From NCBI GenBank assembly GCA_020025715.1, contig JAHHRQ010000003.1, forward strand, positions 105 through 64,104: a stretch of DNA of 64,000 nucleotides, read 5' to 3'. Both the position numbers and the translations under genes were made by a program. Source of the stretch: Oscillospiraceae bacterium. Its GTDB lineage: Bacteria > Bacillota > Clostridia > Oscillospirales > Oscillospiraceae. Numbering within the stretch: position 1 is the stretch's first letter; each line of letters opens with the position of its first letter. The notes under the pieces are model-generated. The model was not told the origin of the DNA. It made no database searches and was given only the letters and a program-made list of their open reading frames with translations. Below are positions 17,258 through 26,592 of this stretch, in pieces.

Positions 17258-17286
17258 AATATACCAGATTTACCGCTGCTTGTCAA
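17258..17286 (-). promoter_or_regulatory. Sigma-A promoter of infC-rpmI-rplT
   Basis: Minus strand TTGACA (17286-17281), 17 nt, TATATT (17263-17258), preceded by an AT-rich UP-like tract. Confidence 0.7.
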
Positions 17287-17340
17287 GGCTTTTCTCTAAA
17301 TTATATTGATATTTTAAGAAAAAATTCCTTATTTCTTTTT

Positions 17341-18009
17341 TCAGTAGCCCTCGCCGCTCTCCTGAGCCATTGCAAGCTTAACTATGCGGCTGGTGCCCAG
17401 TCTCTCAGCGCCAAGCTCAATGAAGTCCTCAGCATCCTGAAGGCTGGAAATTCCGCCGGCTGCCTTAACCTTAAGGCTCTCGGGGCTGTTTTCACGCATG
17501 AGTTTAACATCTTCTCTGGTAGCGCCGCCCTTGGAAAAGCCGGTAGAGGTCTTGATGTACTCGGCACCGCACTCGGAAACGATATGGCACATTTTGATTT
17601 TCTCTTCATCGGTAAGCAGGCAGCACTCGATGATAACTTTAAGCAGCTTACCCTCGGTTGCCTTGCGGACAGCCAGAATATCGTTCTTAACGTCATCCCA
17701 GCAGCCGTCTTTAACCATGGAAAGGTTAATAACCATATCTATCTCATCAGCGCCGTTTTTAACAGCGTCAGCTGCTTCAAAAGCCTTTGCGGCAGTGGTC
17801 ATATAGCCGTTGGGAAAGCCGATAACGGTGCAGATAGTGAGCTTATCTCCCACATAGCGCTTTGCGCCTGCCACATGGCAGGGAGGGATGCACACACTGG
17901 CGCACTGGAACTTGATTGCCTGATCGCACAGCTCCTTTATCTCTTGGGAAGTGCAGTCAACTCTCAGCAGGGTATGATCGCATTTTCTAAGAATATCTTT
18001 TATATCCAT
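17341..18009 (-). CDS. deoC: Deoxyribose-phosphate aldolase
   Basis: 222 aa. CDHTLL, VCIPP, Schiff-base Lys context YIKTSTGF, KAAGGI. Confidence 0.9.
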   Translation of the reverse strand: MDIKDILRKCDHTLLRVDCTSQEIKELCDQAIKFQCASVCIPPCHVAGAKRYVGDKLTICTVIGFPNGYMTTAAKAFEAADAVKNGADEIDMVINLSMVKDGCWDDVKNDILAVRKATEGKLLKVIIECCLLTDEEKIKMCHIVSECGAEYIKTSTGFSKGGATREDVKLMRENSPESLKVKAAGGISSLQDAEDFIELGAERLGTSRIVKLAMAQESGEGY

Positions 18010-18118
18010 AGGTATATCTCCTTATTAAAAAGTAATTTTATTATAAGCTTTTTTACGGTTATATTCAAGTGTCCCGTATGAATAGATTTAACTATCTCAA
18101 CGAAAAGGACTGAAAACT

Positions 18119-18739
18119 ATGGACATGACTTCCGAAACAAACTTCGTTAAGCTCTGCGGCGTGATCTCCGGCAGACCCGAATATTCCCACAGCAGCAGAA
18201 ATCAGGATTTTTACTCATTTCCCCTTGAGGTCCGGCGTCTCTCCGGAAACTCGGACACGCTGAACGTAATCATAAGAAAAGAGCAGCTTTGTGAGCTTGA
18301 AGCTCAGGAAAGTGAAAAGCTCTGCGTTGAGGGACAGCTTCGCAGCTTTAATAACCGCCGGGGGCAGGGCGCAAAGCTTATAATCACCGTTTTTGCAAAA
18401 GAGCTTCACTTCTGTGATGATGAATTTGAAAATACAGTCTATCTTCGGGGCACCCTATGCAAGGAGCCTAATCTTCGCTGCACTCCTATGGGACGGGATA
18501 TATGCGATTTAATGCTGGCTGTAAACCGGCGTTACGGCCGTTCGGATTATCTGCCCTGTATATGCTGGGGGCACAATGCACGGCAGGCCGCCCTCTGGGG
18601 CGTAGGCACGGAGCTTTCTCTTGAAGGCAGAATACAGAGCCGGAACTACATAAAGCTCACCGATGACGGTCCGGTGGAAAAGACCGCATTTGAGGTTTCG
18701 ATAACGGAGCTTAACCCGCTCCGGCCTGAGGGAGAGTAG
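18119..18739 (+). CDS. Tandem OB-fold single-stranded-DNA-binding-like protein (no acidic tail)
   Basis: 206 aa. Two SSB-like halves: N.V.L.G pattern, ...CWGHNARQAALWGVGTELSLEGRIQSRNY...TAFEVSITEL. The C-terminus ...RPEGE lacks the DDD(I/L)PF tip. Confidence 0.6.
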   Translation: MDMTSETNFVKLCGVISGRPEYSHSSRNQDFYSFPLEVRRLSGNSDTLNVIIRKEQLCELEAQESEKLCVEGQLRSFNNRRGQGAKLIITVFAKELHFCDDEFENTVYLRGTLCKEPNLRCTPMGRDICDLMLAVNRRYGRSDYLPCICWGHNARQAALWGVGTELSLEGRIQSRNYIKLTDDGPVEKTAFEVSITELNPLRPEGE

Positions 18740-18822
18740 AAAAAAAGTTCTTCATAAACAGCTTTGTCGAAGCTGTTGACGGCACCCGCCTTTTGAGTTA
18801 CCTTAAGCCCGGAGGTGGTTTT

Positions 18823-19365
18823 ATGTGGAAGAAAATTCTCTTGTCGGTGTTTGCCCTCGCTCTTCTTCTGGCTGCAAATCTTAACATCTGCTGGAAAGTG
18901 AGAGTGTCGGGGAAGGATGTGTACGGGGTCTACTCCCCCGCTCAGTTTCGGGAATGTAAGAGGGCGGCCTTTGCCGCAGCGGATGAAATCTGCCGGGGTG
19001 AACCTTATATGCCGGACTTTAAAAGGAGCTTTCGTTTATGCTTTCGCCCGCCTACGGGAAAAGAAAAGCTGCTCACCGACCGGATGATTTTGGCTGTGCC
19101 TGGGATACGGCTTTCAGATGAAGTGTATGTAAACGGGGAACTGATGGGAACGGTTCGCAGCGGAAATGTATTATATGATTATCTCCGCTCTTTCATTAAA
19201 AACCAGATGCCCAACAGAGCTGTATTCGGCAGCATAAAGGGCGAAGTGACCACAGAGCATGTTTACAGCTATGCCGGACGTGAAACCGACTATTCGGACA
19301 TGGTGCTGCTCATATCAGGGGCCGCCCCTGTTTTCTATGTAGACGAAAACGGACAATACGCATAA
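18823..19365 (+). CDS. Hypothetical exported/membrane-anchored protein
   Basis: 180 aa from ATG 18823 (GGAGGTG 5 nt upstream). N-terminal hydrophobic segment ILLSVFALALLLAANL. No recognisable motif. Confidence 0.55.
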   Translation: MWKKILLSVFALALLLAANLNICWKVRVSGKDVYGVYSPAQFRECKRAAFAAADEICRGEPYMPDFKRSFRLCFRPPTGKEKLLTDRMILAVPGIRLSDEVYVNGELMGTVRSGNVLYDYLRSFIKNQMPNRAVFGSIKGEVTTEHVYSYAGRETDYSDMVLLISGAAPVFYVDENGQYA

Positions 19366-19370
19366 AAAAA

Positions 19371-19395
19371 CGGCTTGAGGAAATTCCTCAAGCCG
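19371..19395. terminator. Bidirectional terminator between hypothetical gene and nahK
   Basis: CGGCTTGAGG-AAATT-CCTCAAGCCG, flanked by A7 and T5. The flanking genes are convergent. Confidence 0.85.
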
Positions 19396-19404
19396 TTTTT
19401 ATAA

Positions 19405-20475
19405 TCATTCACATTCCTTAACGATGTCGTGCATCTGCTGCCATTTGCTCTCCATGTCACGCACCAGCTTAAACTGGGTGCGGGCTCTGTCGAGGTTCTG
19501 GCCTTCTCTGTGAACAGCGAAATAGTGGTCACCGTCCAGATAGTCGGTAAGGAAACGAACGCCGCATTCAAGTGTCATAAGCTTTGCACCCATGGGGAGC
19601 ATTTTGCGCTCGTTTGCGGTAAGTCCGGGACATGCCTCAAGGTAGCCCTTAGTGTAGGTTCTGAAAAGCTCCAGATCCATTTGAACCTTGCTCAGATCCT
19701 TCTCATCCTCGGGAGCGGTTGCAGCGCCGAAGCGGATAGAGTCACCGAAGTCATAAAGGCTCAGACCGGGCATGGTGGTATCAAGGTCGATAACGCAGAG
19801 AGGCTTTCTTGTCACCTCGTCCAGCATTACGTTATTGAGCTTTGTGTCGTTATGGGTAACACGGAGAGGCAGCTCGCCCTTTTCCAGCATATCTGTTAAA
19901 ACAGAAGCGTCCTTCTCGTGATCCAGAACAAAGTCAATCTCCTCTTTCACCTCTGCCGCTCTGCCCATAGGGTCTTTGGCAAGAGTCTCCTTAAAGATGC
20001 GGTAGCGGTCGGGGGTGTTGTGGAAGTTGGGAATGGACTCATGGAGAGTTTCTGCGGGAAAATCACGAAGCTGCTGCTGGAAACTGCCGAATGCCACAGC
20101 GCTCTGGTAGAAATCTTCAGGAGTCTCAGGCTTCTGGAGGCACAGGGAGTTTTCAACAAACTCATAAACTCTCCAGTTGGAGCCGTCCTCTTCCAGACGC
20201 TTAAAGTCCTTACCGTCGTTTGTCTGCACTATGGTCATAACGGCTCTGGGGTCGTCAGTAAAACGGCGGATATAGCGGGTAACGGAGGCTATATTTTCCA
20301 TAAGGCCCTCAACATCCTTAAATGTGGGGCTGATTTTCTGGAGAATGTAGCGGTAGCCGGAAATGCACACAACAAGATATGTCTCGTTAATATGTCCGCA
20401 GCCGTATCTCTCACAGTAAACAGGTCTGCCGTTAAGCGGGAAATTACTTAAAACCTTTTCCAGATATTCAGTCAT
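19405..20475 (-). CDS. nahK: N-acetylhexosamine 1-kinase-like (APH-fold sugar kinase)
   Basis: 356 aa. GHINETYLV nucleotide-binding start, catalytic loop THNDTKLNNVML, IDLDT. Lies directly downstream (15 nt) of a GH112 phosphorylase gene, as in the Bifidobacterium lnp cluster. Confidence 0.75.
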   Translation of the reverse strand: MTEYLEKVLSNFPLNGRPVYCERYGCGHINETYLVVCISGYRYILQKISPTFKDVEGLMENIASVTRYIRRFTDDPRAVMTIVQTNDGKDFKRLEEDGSNWRVYEFVENSLCLQKPETPEDFYQSAVAFGSFQQQLRDFPAETLHESIPNFHNTPDRYRIFKETLAKDPMGRAAEVKEEIDFVLDHEKDASVLTDMLEKGELPLRVTHNDTKLNNVMLDEVTRKPLCVIDLDTTMPGLSLYDFGDSIRFGAATAPEDEKDLSKVQMDLELFRTYTKGYLEACPGLTANERKMLPMGAKLMTLECGVRFLTDYLDGDHYFAVHREGQNLDRARTQFKLVRDMESKWQQMHDIVKECE

Positions 20476-20490
20476 CTTATCCTCCCTGAC

Positions 20491-22659
20491 TTATATGCTG
20501 TACCAGCGAATTTCGTTGGCAGCCAGATTAAGCTCAAAGCTGTCCTTATCGGTATAAACTGTGGTGCTCTGAGGCTCGTATGTATTGTTGACAACGCAGT
20601 ACTTGCCGTTTTTAACAAAGGCGTGAACCTCAACGTTGTAGTTGGTGGAGAACCACTTGTTAAGCTCATCCTCGCTGTGGGCGCTCCACAGGATTGCACG
20701 GTAGAGAATTCTGCTGTTGCAGAAGGTGTAGGGCAGACCGGAAATATAAACGCCGCGGCCCTTGCCGTAGTCGTTTACTGCCATCTGAACTTCCTTGTCC
20801 TTCTGTGAAAGAATGGTGGCATTTTCCAGAGCGTAGATGCTCTTCTTGCCCTCCCCGAAATCAACAGGACCGGTGCAGTCGCGGAGAATGAAGTGGTCGG
20901 GTTTTTCTTCCCAGTTGTACTTGTCGTAGTTAAGGGTAAAGCCTGTCTCCTTTTCAACTCCCATAACAGAGCTGAGCTGGAGGTAGTGGCCCTGATACTG
21001 GTGGCCGCTGGGCTCGCCTACGCCGATAAAGCCGCCGCCTCTGCGGACAAAGCCTCTGACGGCTGCGGAAATTGCGGGGTCTTCCCACTCAGCGCCGCCG
21101 GTGTGGGCGGTATCACCGTCACCTACGTTAATGATAACATCAATATCATCCAGCATTGCAGGATTGTTTCTTATATCGTCGAAGCTTATGAAGCGCACGT
21201 CAAAGGGAGCGCCGGAGAGAGCCTCAATAATGCCTGCGTAGGAATAGTTCTGCTTCTGGTACAGTGCATGGTGAACCATGTGGCAGCCCCATGAACGCAT
21301 CTTGCCCCAGCAGTTGAGGACAGCGACAGTCTTTACGCAGTAGGGAGTGGTGCCCTTGATGTTTGAATAAAGCTCTCTGAACTCGTTGCAGACGCTTTCA
21401 ACATAGTCTATAAAATCAGGGAACTGGCAGGCAAGCTTAAGGTAGCCGCCGTAGCCTATTCTGTCAATGGGCTTGCGGAGAATTGCACGTCTTGCAGTAA
21501 CCCAGTTCTGCTTTGCCTCCCAGACAGGGTTTCCGCCCTCGTGGAAGGTATCGGGGAAGAAGTAAGGCAGGAAGCGGCCCTCGGTGTATTTTACGCCGGG
21601 AATGTCGGAGATAAGGCGGAGAGTGCTGCCGTTACCCACAGAGCCGACAACTGCATCAAGGCCGATTTTCTTGAACTCGTCAAGGAAAGGCTCGGTGCCT
21701 ATCCAGTGGTCGCCGAGGAACATCATGGCCTCCTTACCCATTTCGTGGGTAATGTCAACCATTTCCTTTGCAATCTTGGCAACTTCTCTCTGCTGGAACT
21801 TCTGGAAGTCCCTAAACTCCTTGGAGGGAACGCGGTACTGGTTATTGTAGTAGCCCTGGTCGATAATAAATTCAGGACGGAACTTGTAGCCCACTTCCTT
21901 CTCGAACTGCTCCAGAATATAGGGGCTGACGGATGCGGAATAGCCGTACCAGTCAACATACTTTTCTCTCTTAAGCTCATCGAACATAAGAGTAAACTGG
22001 TGGAAGAAGGTGGTGTAGCGGATAACGTTTACATAGGGGTGTTCCTCTATGAACTTTCTCAGCCTCTTCATGGTGAACTCATGGGTCTTAGGCTGACGGA
22101 CATCAAAGGTAATCTGATGCTCAAAGTTTGTCCAGCCGTTGGTAACGGCGTTATACATGTGGACAGGGTCCCAGATAAGGTAGGCAAGGAAGCTTACGGT
22201 GTACTCGTGGTATGCCTCGGGCTGAGGAATAACAACACATCCGGTTTTTTCGTCATAGCTCCACTTGTCTGCATCCAGAGGTTCGCCCTTGCTTCTGTCC
22301 ATGACTTCCCACCAGCGCTTAATGTCGTCGCGGGTATTTACCTGCATAAGCTCGGGGGAAATGCCCTTCATAAGGGGGATTTCCAGTGCAGCGCCCTCAT
22401 CGGCGGTGTAGAAAGCGGTCATAATGTAGCACTGCTGCACCTCTTCGGGGTGTGCCTTTGCCCATTCGTTATCCTTGCGGGTTGTATAGTATGTAGAGTA
22501 TACCTTTGCGCCTACATTGCGCAGCTCCTGAGGGAAGTCGGTGCCGTCGCAGTCGCGGATTGCATCTGCGCCCCAGCGCTTCATAATTTCCAGAGTTTCG
22601 GGAACCACGTCCATATCGGTGGGAATGGTTACTCTGCCTGTACGCATTTCTTCGTTCAT
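20491..22659 (-). CDS. GH112 beta-1,3-galactosyl-N-acetylhexosamine phosphorylase family
   Basis: 722 aa from ATG 22659 (AGGAG 6 nt upstream). The N-terminus ...GRVTIPTDMDVVPETLEIMKRWGADAIRDCDGT matches the GRFTLP...WGADAIRNSDGT start of LnpA as I recall it. Confidence 0.82.
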   Translation of the reverse strand: MNEEMRTGRVTIPTDMDVVPETLEIMKRWGADAIRDCDGTDFPQELRNVGAKVYSTYYTTRKDNEWAKAHPEEVQQCYIMTAFYTADEGAALEIPLMKGISPELMQVNTRDDIKRWWEVMDRSKGEPLDADKWSYDEKTGCVVIPQPEAYHEYTVSFLAYLIWDPVHMYNAVTNGWTNFEHQITFDVRQPKTHEFTMKRLRKFIEEHPYVNVIRYTTFFHQFTLMFDELKREKYVDWYGYSASVSPYILEQFEKEVGYKFRPEFIIDQGYYNNQYRVPSKEFRDFQKFQQREVAKIAKEMVDITHEMGKEAMMFLGDHWIGTEPFLDEFKKIGLDAVVGSVGNGSTLRLISDIPGVKYTEGRFLPYFFPDTFHEGGNPVWEAKQNWVTARRAILRKPIDRIGYGGYLKLACQFPDFIDYVESVCNEFRELYSNIKGTTPYCVKTVAVLNCWGKMRSWGCHMVHHALYQKQNYSYAGIIEALSGAPFDVRFISFDDIRNNPAMLDDIDVIINVGDGDTAHTGGAEWEDPAISAAVRGFVRRGGGFIGVGEPSGHQYQGHYLQLSSVMGVEKETGFTLNYDKYNWEEKPDHFILRDCTGPVDFGEGKKSIYALENATILSQKDKEVQMAVNDYGKGRGVYISGLPYTFCNSRILYRAILWSAHSEDELNKWFSTNYNVEVHAFVKNGKYCVVNNTYEPQSTTVYTDKDSFELNLAANEIRWYSI

Positions 22660-22675
22660 ATTATTCTCCTGTATT

Positions 22676-22873
22676 CTATTTTCTGTCTTCGTAAGGTCTG
22701 TTATAGATATAGAGGCTGAGCAGCAGAAGCAGTACGCCTCCAAGCATTATTCCCAGTCCCTTGAGTTCGCCTGTCATCTTCCATCCGGCAATAACAAACA
22801 CCATGCCCAGAATGAAAGTAAGCGCTATGATAGTAACTCTAAGTGCAACATGTTCTTTCCAGAATTTCTGCAT
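22676..22873 (-). CDS. Hypothetical small two-TM membrane protein
   Basis: 65 aa with two clear hydrophobic helices (VTIIALTFILGMVFVIAGW and GIMLGGVLLLLLSLYIY). Wedged between the permease and phosphorylase genes with 10- and 16-nt gaps. Confidence 0.5.
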   Translation of the reverse strand: MQKFWKEHVALRVTIIALTFILGMVFVIAGWKMTGELKGLGIMLGGVLLLLLSLYIYNRPYEDRK

Positions 22874-22883
22874 AATTCACACC

Positions 22884-23774
22884 TCAGCCTTTCAGTCCGC
22901 CCACAGTCATGCCCTGGGTCAGCTTCTTCTGGACACAGATGTACAGTATTATAGTAGGCAGCATGACCAGAACAAGACCTGCATACAGAGTACCGAATTC
23001 AGCCTTTGACTGCTGAGCCTGCATCAGGTTAAGTAGTCCGACGGGGAGAGTCTTGGTGCCCTTTACGGAGTTCATTAAGGTCATGGATATAATGTATTCG
23101 TTCCAGAATGAGAGGAAGTTAAAAAGGATAATAGTTATAATAGAGGGCTGAGCCATGGGGAAGATGATCTTTCTCATAGCTGTGCCGTAGCTTGCACCGT
23201 CTATGTAAGCCGCCTCCTCGAAATCGTGAGGAAGAGTGGCAAAGTAGCCGGAAAGCAGGTAAATGGTAAAGGGCAGAGCGGTGGAGGCGTAGACTACTGC
23301 AAGAACAAACAGGTTATTGAGCAGGAAGCCGTGGCCGATAACAGTCTTAAGCCACATGTCGCCGTCCTTTAACATAAGGAATATGGGAACTACTATGTAG
23401 TTTACGTTAATGAACAGTCCCGCCATAAAGCAGGTATTTAAAAACTTGCTGCCTCTGAACTTAAAGCGAGAAAGGCAGTAGGATGCGGGAAGAGCGATAA
23501 TCAACAGCAATGCAAGAGCCATTACGGTGACAAGGGCAGAGTTTAACATATATTCGCCCATTCTTGCGCCCTGCCATGCGTTAACGAAGTTCTGCCAGTA
23601 GAAGCTGGCGGGCAGAGACCAGGGGTTTCCGTAGAACTCGGAGTTCTGCTTTACAGATGCCATAAATACCCATGCAACCGGCACGATTATTGTAACTGCC
23701 AGCAGGATAAGCATAAAGTATATAAAGAATTTAAACAGCTTTTCGCCGCCTTTGGATTTATGTGTCTGAGTCAT
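22884..23774 (-). CDS. Carbohydrate ABC transporter permease (MalG-type)
   Basis: About 296 aa and multi-TM. EAA-loop region FEEAAYIDGASYGTAMRKIIFP. Start is ambiguous: ATG 23774 has AAGGAGG about 10 nt upstream, while GTG 23783 has spacing that is too short. Confidence 0.85.
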   Translation of the reverse strand: MTQTHKSKGGEKLFKFFIYFMLILLAVTIIVPVAWVFMASVKQNSEFYGNPWSLPASFYWQNFVNAWQGARMGEYMLNSALVTVMALALLLIIALPASYCLSRFKFRGSKFLNTCFMAGLFINVNYIVVPIFLMLKDGDMWLKTVIGHGFLLNNLFVLAVVYASTALPFTIYLLSGYFATLPHDFEEAAYIDGASYGTAMRKIIFPMAQPSIITIILFNFLSFWNEYIISMTLMNSVKGTKTLPVGLLNLMQAQQSKAEFGTLYAGLVLVMLPTIILYICVQKKLTQGMTVGGLKG

Positions 23775-23790
23775 TTTATGCACACCCTCC

Positions 23791-24666
23791 TTAGAATTCC
23801 AGCGGATCCCGCTTGGTGGCCCGGTTTACAAAGGCAGAAAGCAGGAAGGAGAAGAGGAATATAACCACACCGGCTGCCATTGCATATCCGTAAAGACCGG
23901 AGTCTTTCTGGTTATACATAAAGCTCAAACCTACATCCAACATTCCCTTTGCAACCATGGACTTTACGAACAGGAAGGCCATGTTAATGGTTGAAATGAT
24001 GAAGAAGGTAAGAGTGGTGCGGATATTGGTCCAGATAAGGGGAATGGTGATCTGGAAAAACTGGGTAAATCTTCCGGCACCGTCAAGGCTTGCGCTCTCG
24101 TAAAGGCTGAGGGGCACGCTTGACATTGAGGCCATGTACATAACCATGTAGTAACCTATGGCCTGCCATACCATTGCAATAATAACGCTTACCACAACAA
24201 GAGGCTGATCCTTCCACAGTATCATAACTGTCTTTCCCGAAAGCATAGACAGTATGGAGTTCAGCATACCGTTTTCAGGCTTGTATATAGCGGAGAAGAT
24301 ACCGGCTATAACAACGATTGAAAGGATATTCGGGATGTAGAATATAATACGGAAGAAGTTCTGACCTTTGATTTTTTCCTTTGTGAGGATTGCTGCAAAT
24401 ACCAGAGCAAATGCAAAGGTAATTACTGTTACCACGACTATAAGCAGAATAGTATTCTGCATGGCTGTAATGAACTTGGGGTCGCTGAACAGGATTTTGA
24501 AGTTGTTAAAACCTACAAAAGTCTCCGTGGGAGAATATGCGCCTCTTTCAAAAAGAGACATTCTGAAAACGTTCAATGTGGGAATGATCATAAAAATGGT
24601 GAATAATATGACGGCCGGGGCAACGCACAGTGTTATAAAACGCCCCATTCCTTTTCGTGTTTCCAC
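23791..24666 (-). CDS. Carbohydrate ABC transporter permease (MalF-type)
   Basis: EAA-loop YESASLDGAGRFTQFFQITIP. Start set to GTG 24666 (GAGAGGAG 8 nt upstream). The longer ORF to 24780 would add 38 non-hydrophobic residues and abut the intercistronic hairpin. Confidence 0.82.
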   Translation of the reverse strand: METRKGMGRFITLCVAPAVILFTIFMIIPTLNVFRMSLFERGAYSPTETFVGFNNFKILFSDPKFITAMQNTILLIVVVTVITFAFALVFAAILTKEKIKGQNFFRIIFYIPNILSIVVIAGIFSAIYKPENGMLNSILSMLSGKTVMILWKDQPLVVVSVIIAMVWQAIGYYMVMYMASMSSVPLSLYESASLDGAGRFTQFFQITIPLIWTNIRTTLTFFIISTINMAFLFVKSMVAKGMLDVGLSFMYNQKDSGLYGYAMAAGVVIFLFSFLLSAFVNRATKRDPLEF

Positions 24667-24790
24667 ATTCTCAGCTCCTCTCTGAATTTTAATTTTACCT
24701 GAAGCGACTGCAATATATCGCGGTTCCGTTTTATCTTCGGAGCCGTCATATAATGCAGCCCCTGCCAAGCTTAACATCACATAAGAACAA

Positions 24791-24820
24791 GCGGGATGAG
24801 TAGGAAACTACTCATCCCGC
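24791..24820 (-). terminator. Intercistronic hairpin after the sugar-binding-protein gene (partial terminator/stabiliser)
   Basis: 13-bp perfect stem GCGGGATGAGTAG-GAAA-CTACTCATCCCGC, followed on the minus strand by TTGTTCTTATG. This is the usual device for over-expressing the SBP relative to the permeases. Confidence 0.6.
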
Positions 24821-24848
24821 CTACTGTCGGTTTGGTGGTTTACAGATA

Positions 24849-26228
24849 TTACTGGATGTTTGCCAGCATCTGAGTGCTTGCTTCCTTAATGCCGTTTACC
24901 CATTCCTCAACGGTAACATTACCGCTTACGAGGCCGTTAACGGGATCGAGGAATACTTCGCGAACGCTGCCCAGACCGGCAACTGCCTTATAGGAGGCAA
25001 AGCCGCCCATTGCGGGCTTAACGCCGCTGTCGTAAATAGCAAGGAACTCCTTCTTCTCGGGATCTGCAACGGTGTCAGCAGCGCCGGTGATAGGCTGAAC
25101 TGCGCCGCCCTTTGCGAAGATCTCCTGAGCCTTATCGCTGTACAGGAATGCGATGAACTGCTTTGCAGCGTCAACGTTCTCTGCACCTGCGGGAATCCAG
25201 GACTGCTGGAACCAGCAGAAGCTGTAACGGTCTCCGCCTTCCTTAACTGCGGGGATACCGGTCATGCCCCACTTGAAGCCGTCGGCTCTGGGGGAGTCTG
25301 CCATCTCGCCTGCAATCCAGCTGCCGTTGGGCATGAACAGAGCTTTGTTGTCGAGAATCAGCTGCTGGTTCTGCTTGAAGTCCTGATCGTTAGCCTGTGC
25401 GGGAGTTACGGGGTTGGTGTAAGTAGCAAGCTTTGCAATAATGTCAAAGCAGGTCTGTGCCTCGGGAGTATCCCAGATGCCCTCTTCGTAGTGGGTAGCC
25501 TTGTCGAAGAACTCGGGGCCGCCGACAGCGTACATCAGAGAGTACAGGAATGCGTCAAAGTAACCGGTGGTGGGGTAGGTGAAGAGTGCGATGCCCTCTT
25601 CCTTAGCCTTGTCGCCAAGCTCCCACATCTCATCCCAAGTGGTGGGAACTTCCCATCCCTTTTCCTCAAAGAGGCCGGCGTTGTAGAACAGACCGCAGGG
25701 ATCGTAGAACATAGGAGCAAGATAGGTCTTGCCATCGGAGTAGGGGTTGGTGAGAGAGGTGTCAAGGAAGCCGTCGGAAATCTTCTCGGAAACCTTAACG
25801 TCCTCGCCGGGAACGGTCATCTCCATAACGTCGCTCAGGTCGGTAAGGAGATTGTCCTTAATGAACTGCTCGGTGAGAGCTGCGGGACGACCCACAGGCA
25901 GGTAAACAACGTCGGGGTACTCGCCGCCCTGCATGGAAGGTCCGATAACGTCCTCAAGGTTTTTATCCTCGATAAGCTCGACCTTGTTGCCGGTTGCAGC
26001 CTCGAATGCTGCGGCAATCTCGGCCCACATCTCGGGGTAATTGTCGGTAAATGCAGTGGAAACAGCTGCTACCTGAATGGTAACGCCTTCTGCGGGAGCC
26101 TCAGCAGGTGCCTCAGCGGGAGCCTCGGCTGCATCATTTGCGGGCTGCTCGGGAGCTTTGCTCTCGCCGCAGGCGGCCAGAGCAAATACCATGCTCAGCG
26201 CAAGTAAAAGTGCAAGAAACTTTTTCAT
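24849..26228 (-). CDS. Sugar ABC transporter substrate-binding lipoprotein
   Basis: Lipobox LALSMVFALAAC-GE followed by an Ala/Glu/Pro linker, family-1 SBP length. Start set to ATG 26228 because the GGAGG of the SD lies inside the first codons of the longer ORF. Confidence 0.85.
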   Translation of the reverse strand: MKKFLALLLALSMVFALAACGESKAPEQPANDAAEAPAEAPAEAPAEGVTIQVAAVSTAFTDNYPEMWAEIAAAFEAATGNKVELIEDKNLEDVIGPSMQGGEYPDVVYLPVGRPAALTEQFIKDNLLTDLSDVMEMTVPGEDVKVSEKISDGFLDTSLTNPYSDGKTYLAPMFYDPCGLFYNAGLFEEKGWEVPTTWDEMWELGDKAKEEGIALFTYPTTGYFDAFLYSLMYAVGGPEFFDKATHYEEGIWDTPEAQTCFDIIAKLATYTNPVTPAQANDQDFKQNQQLILDNKALFMPNGSWIAGEMADSPRADGFKWGMTGIPAVKEGGDRYSFCWFQQSWIPAGAENVDAAKQFIAFLYSDKAQEIFAKGGAVQPITGAADTVADPEKKEFLAIYDSGVKPAMGGFASYKAVAGLGSVREVFLDPVNGLVSGNVTVEEWVNGIKEASTQMLANIQ

Positions 26229-26498
26229 TAGTTTTTCCTCCATTTAGATTTTTGTTTAGTTTTGACTTTTGGTTGGTTACTAACTCAACAAACTATATGC
26301 TAAGTATACCTTAAACTGAAAAAACGGCAATCTCAATGTTGCTGTTTTATTTATACATATTGCTTGTGATTTTATTTTTGTAGGTTTAAATAAAATCGAA
26401 TTATTTTTTTGTGCATTTCATACAAGGTATACAAATCCATATGTTACCATAAAAAGGAAAAAGCGCAATAAAACTCAGTTTTTGTGAGTTTATTGTCC

Positions 26499-26527
26499 TT
26501 GTAAATGAAGATAAGACGCTATATAAT
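26499..26527 (+). promoter_or_regulatory. Candidate sigma-A promoter of the AraC-family regulator gene
   Basis: TTGTAA (26499-26504), 17 nt, TATAAT (26522-26527). Confidence 0.45.
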
Positions 26528-26592
26528 CAGTCATGACAAAATAGATTGAATTATCCGTAAAATCTGGCAATAATTATAAAGTGGTGAATACT

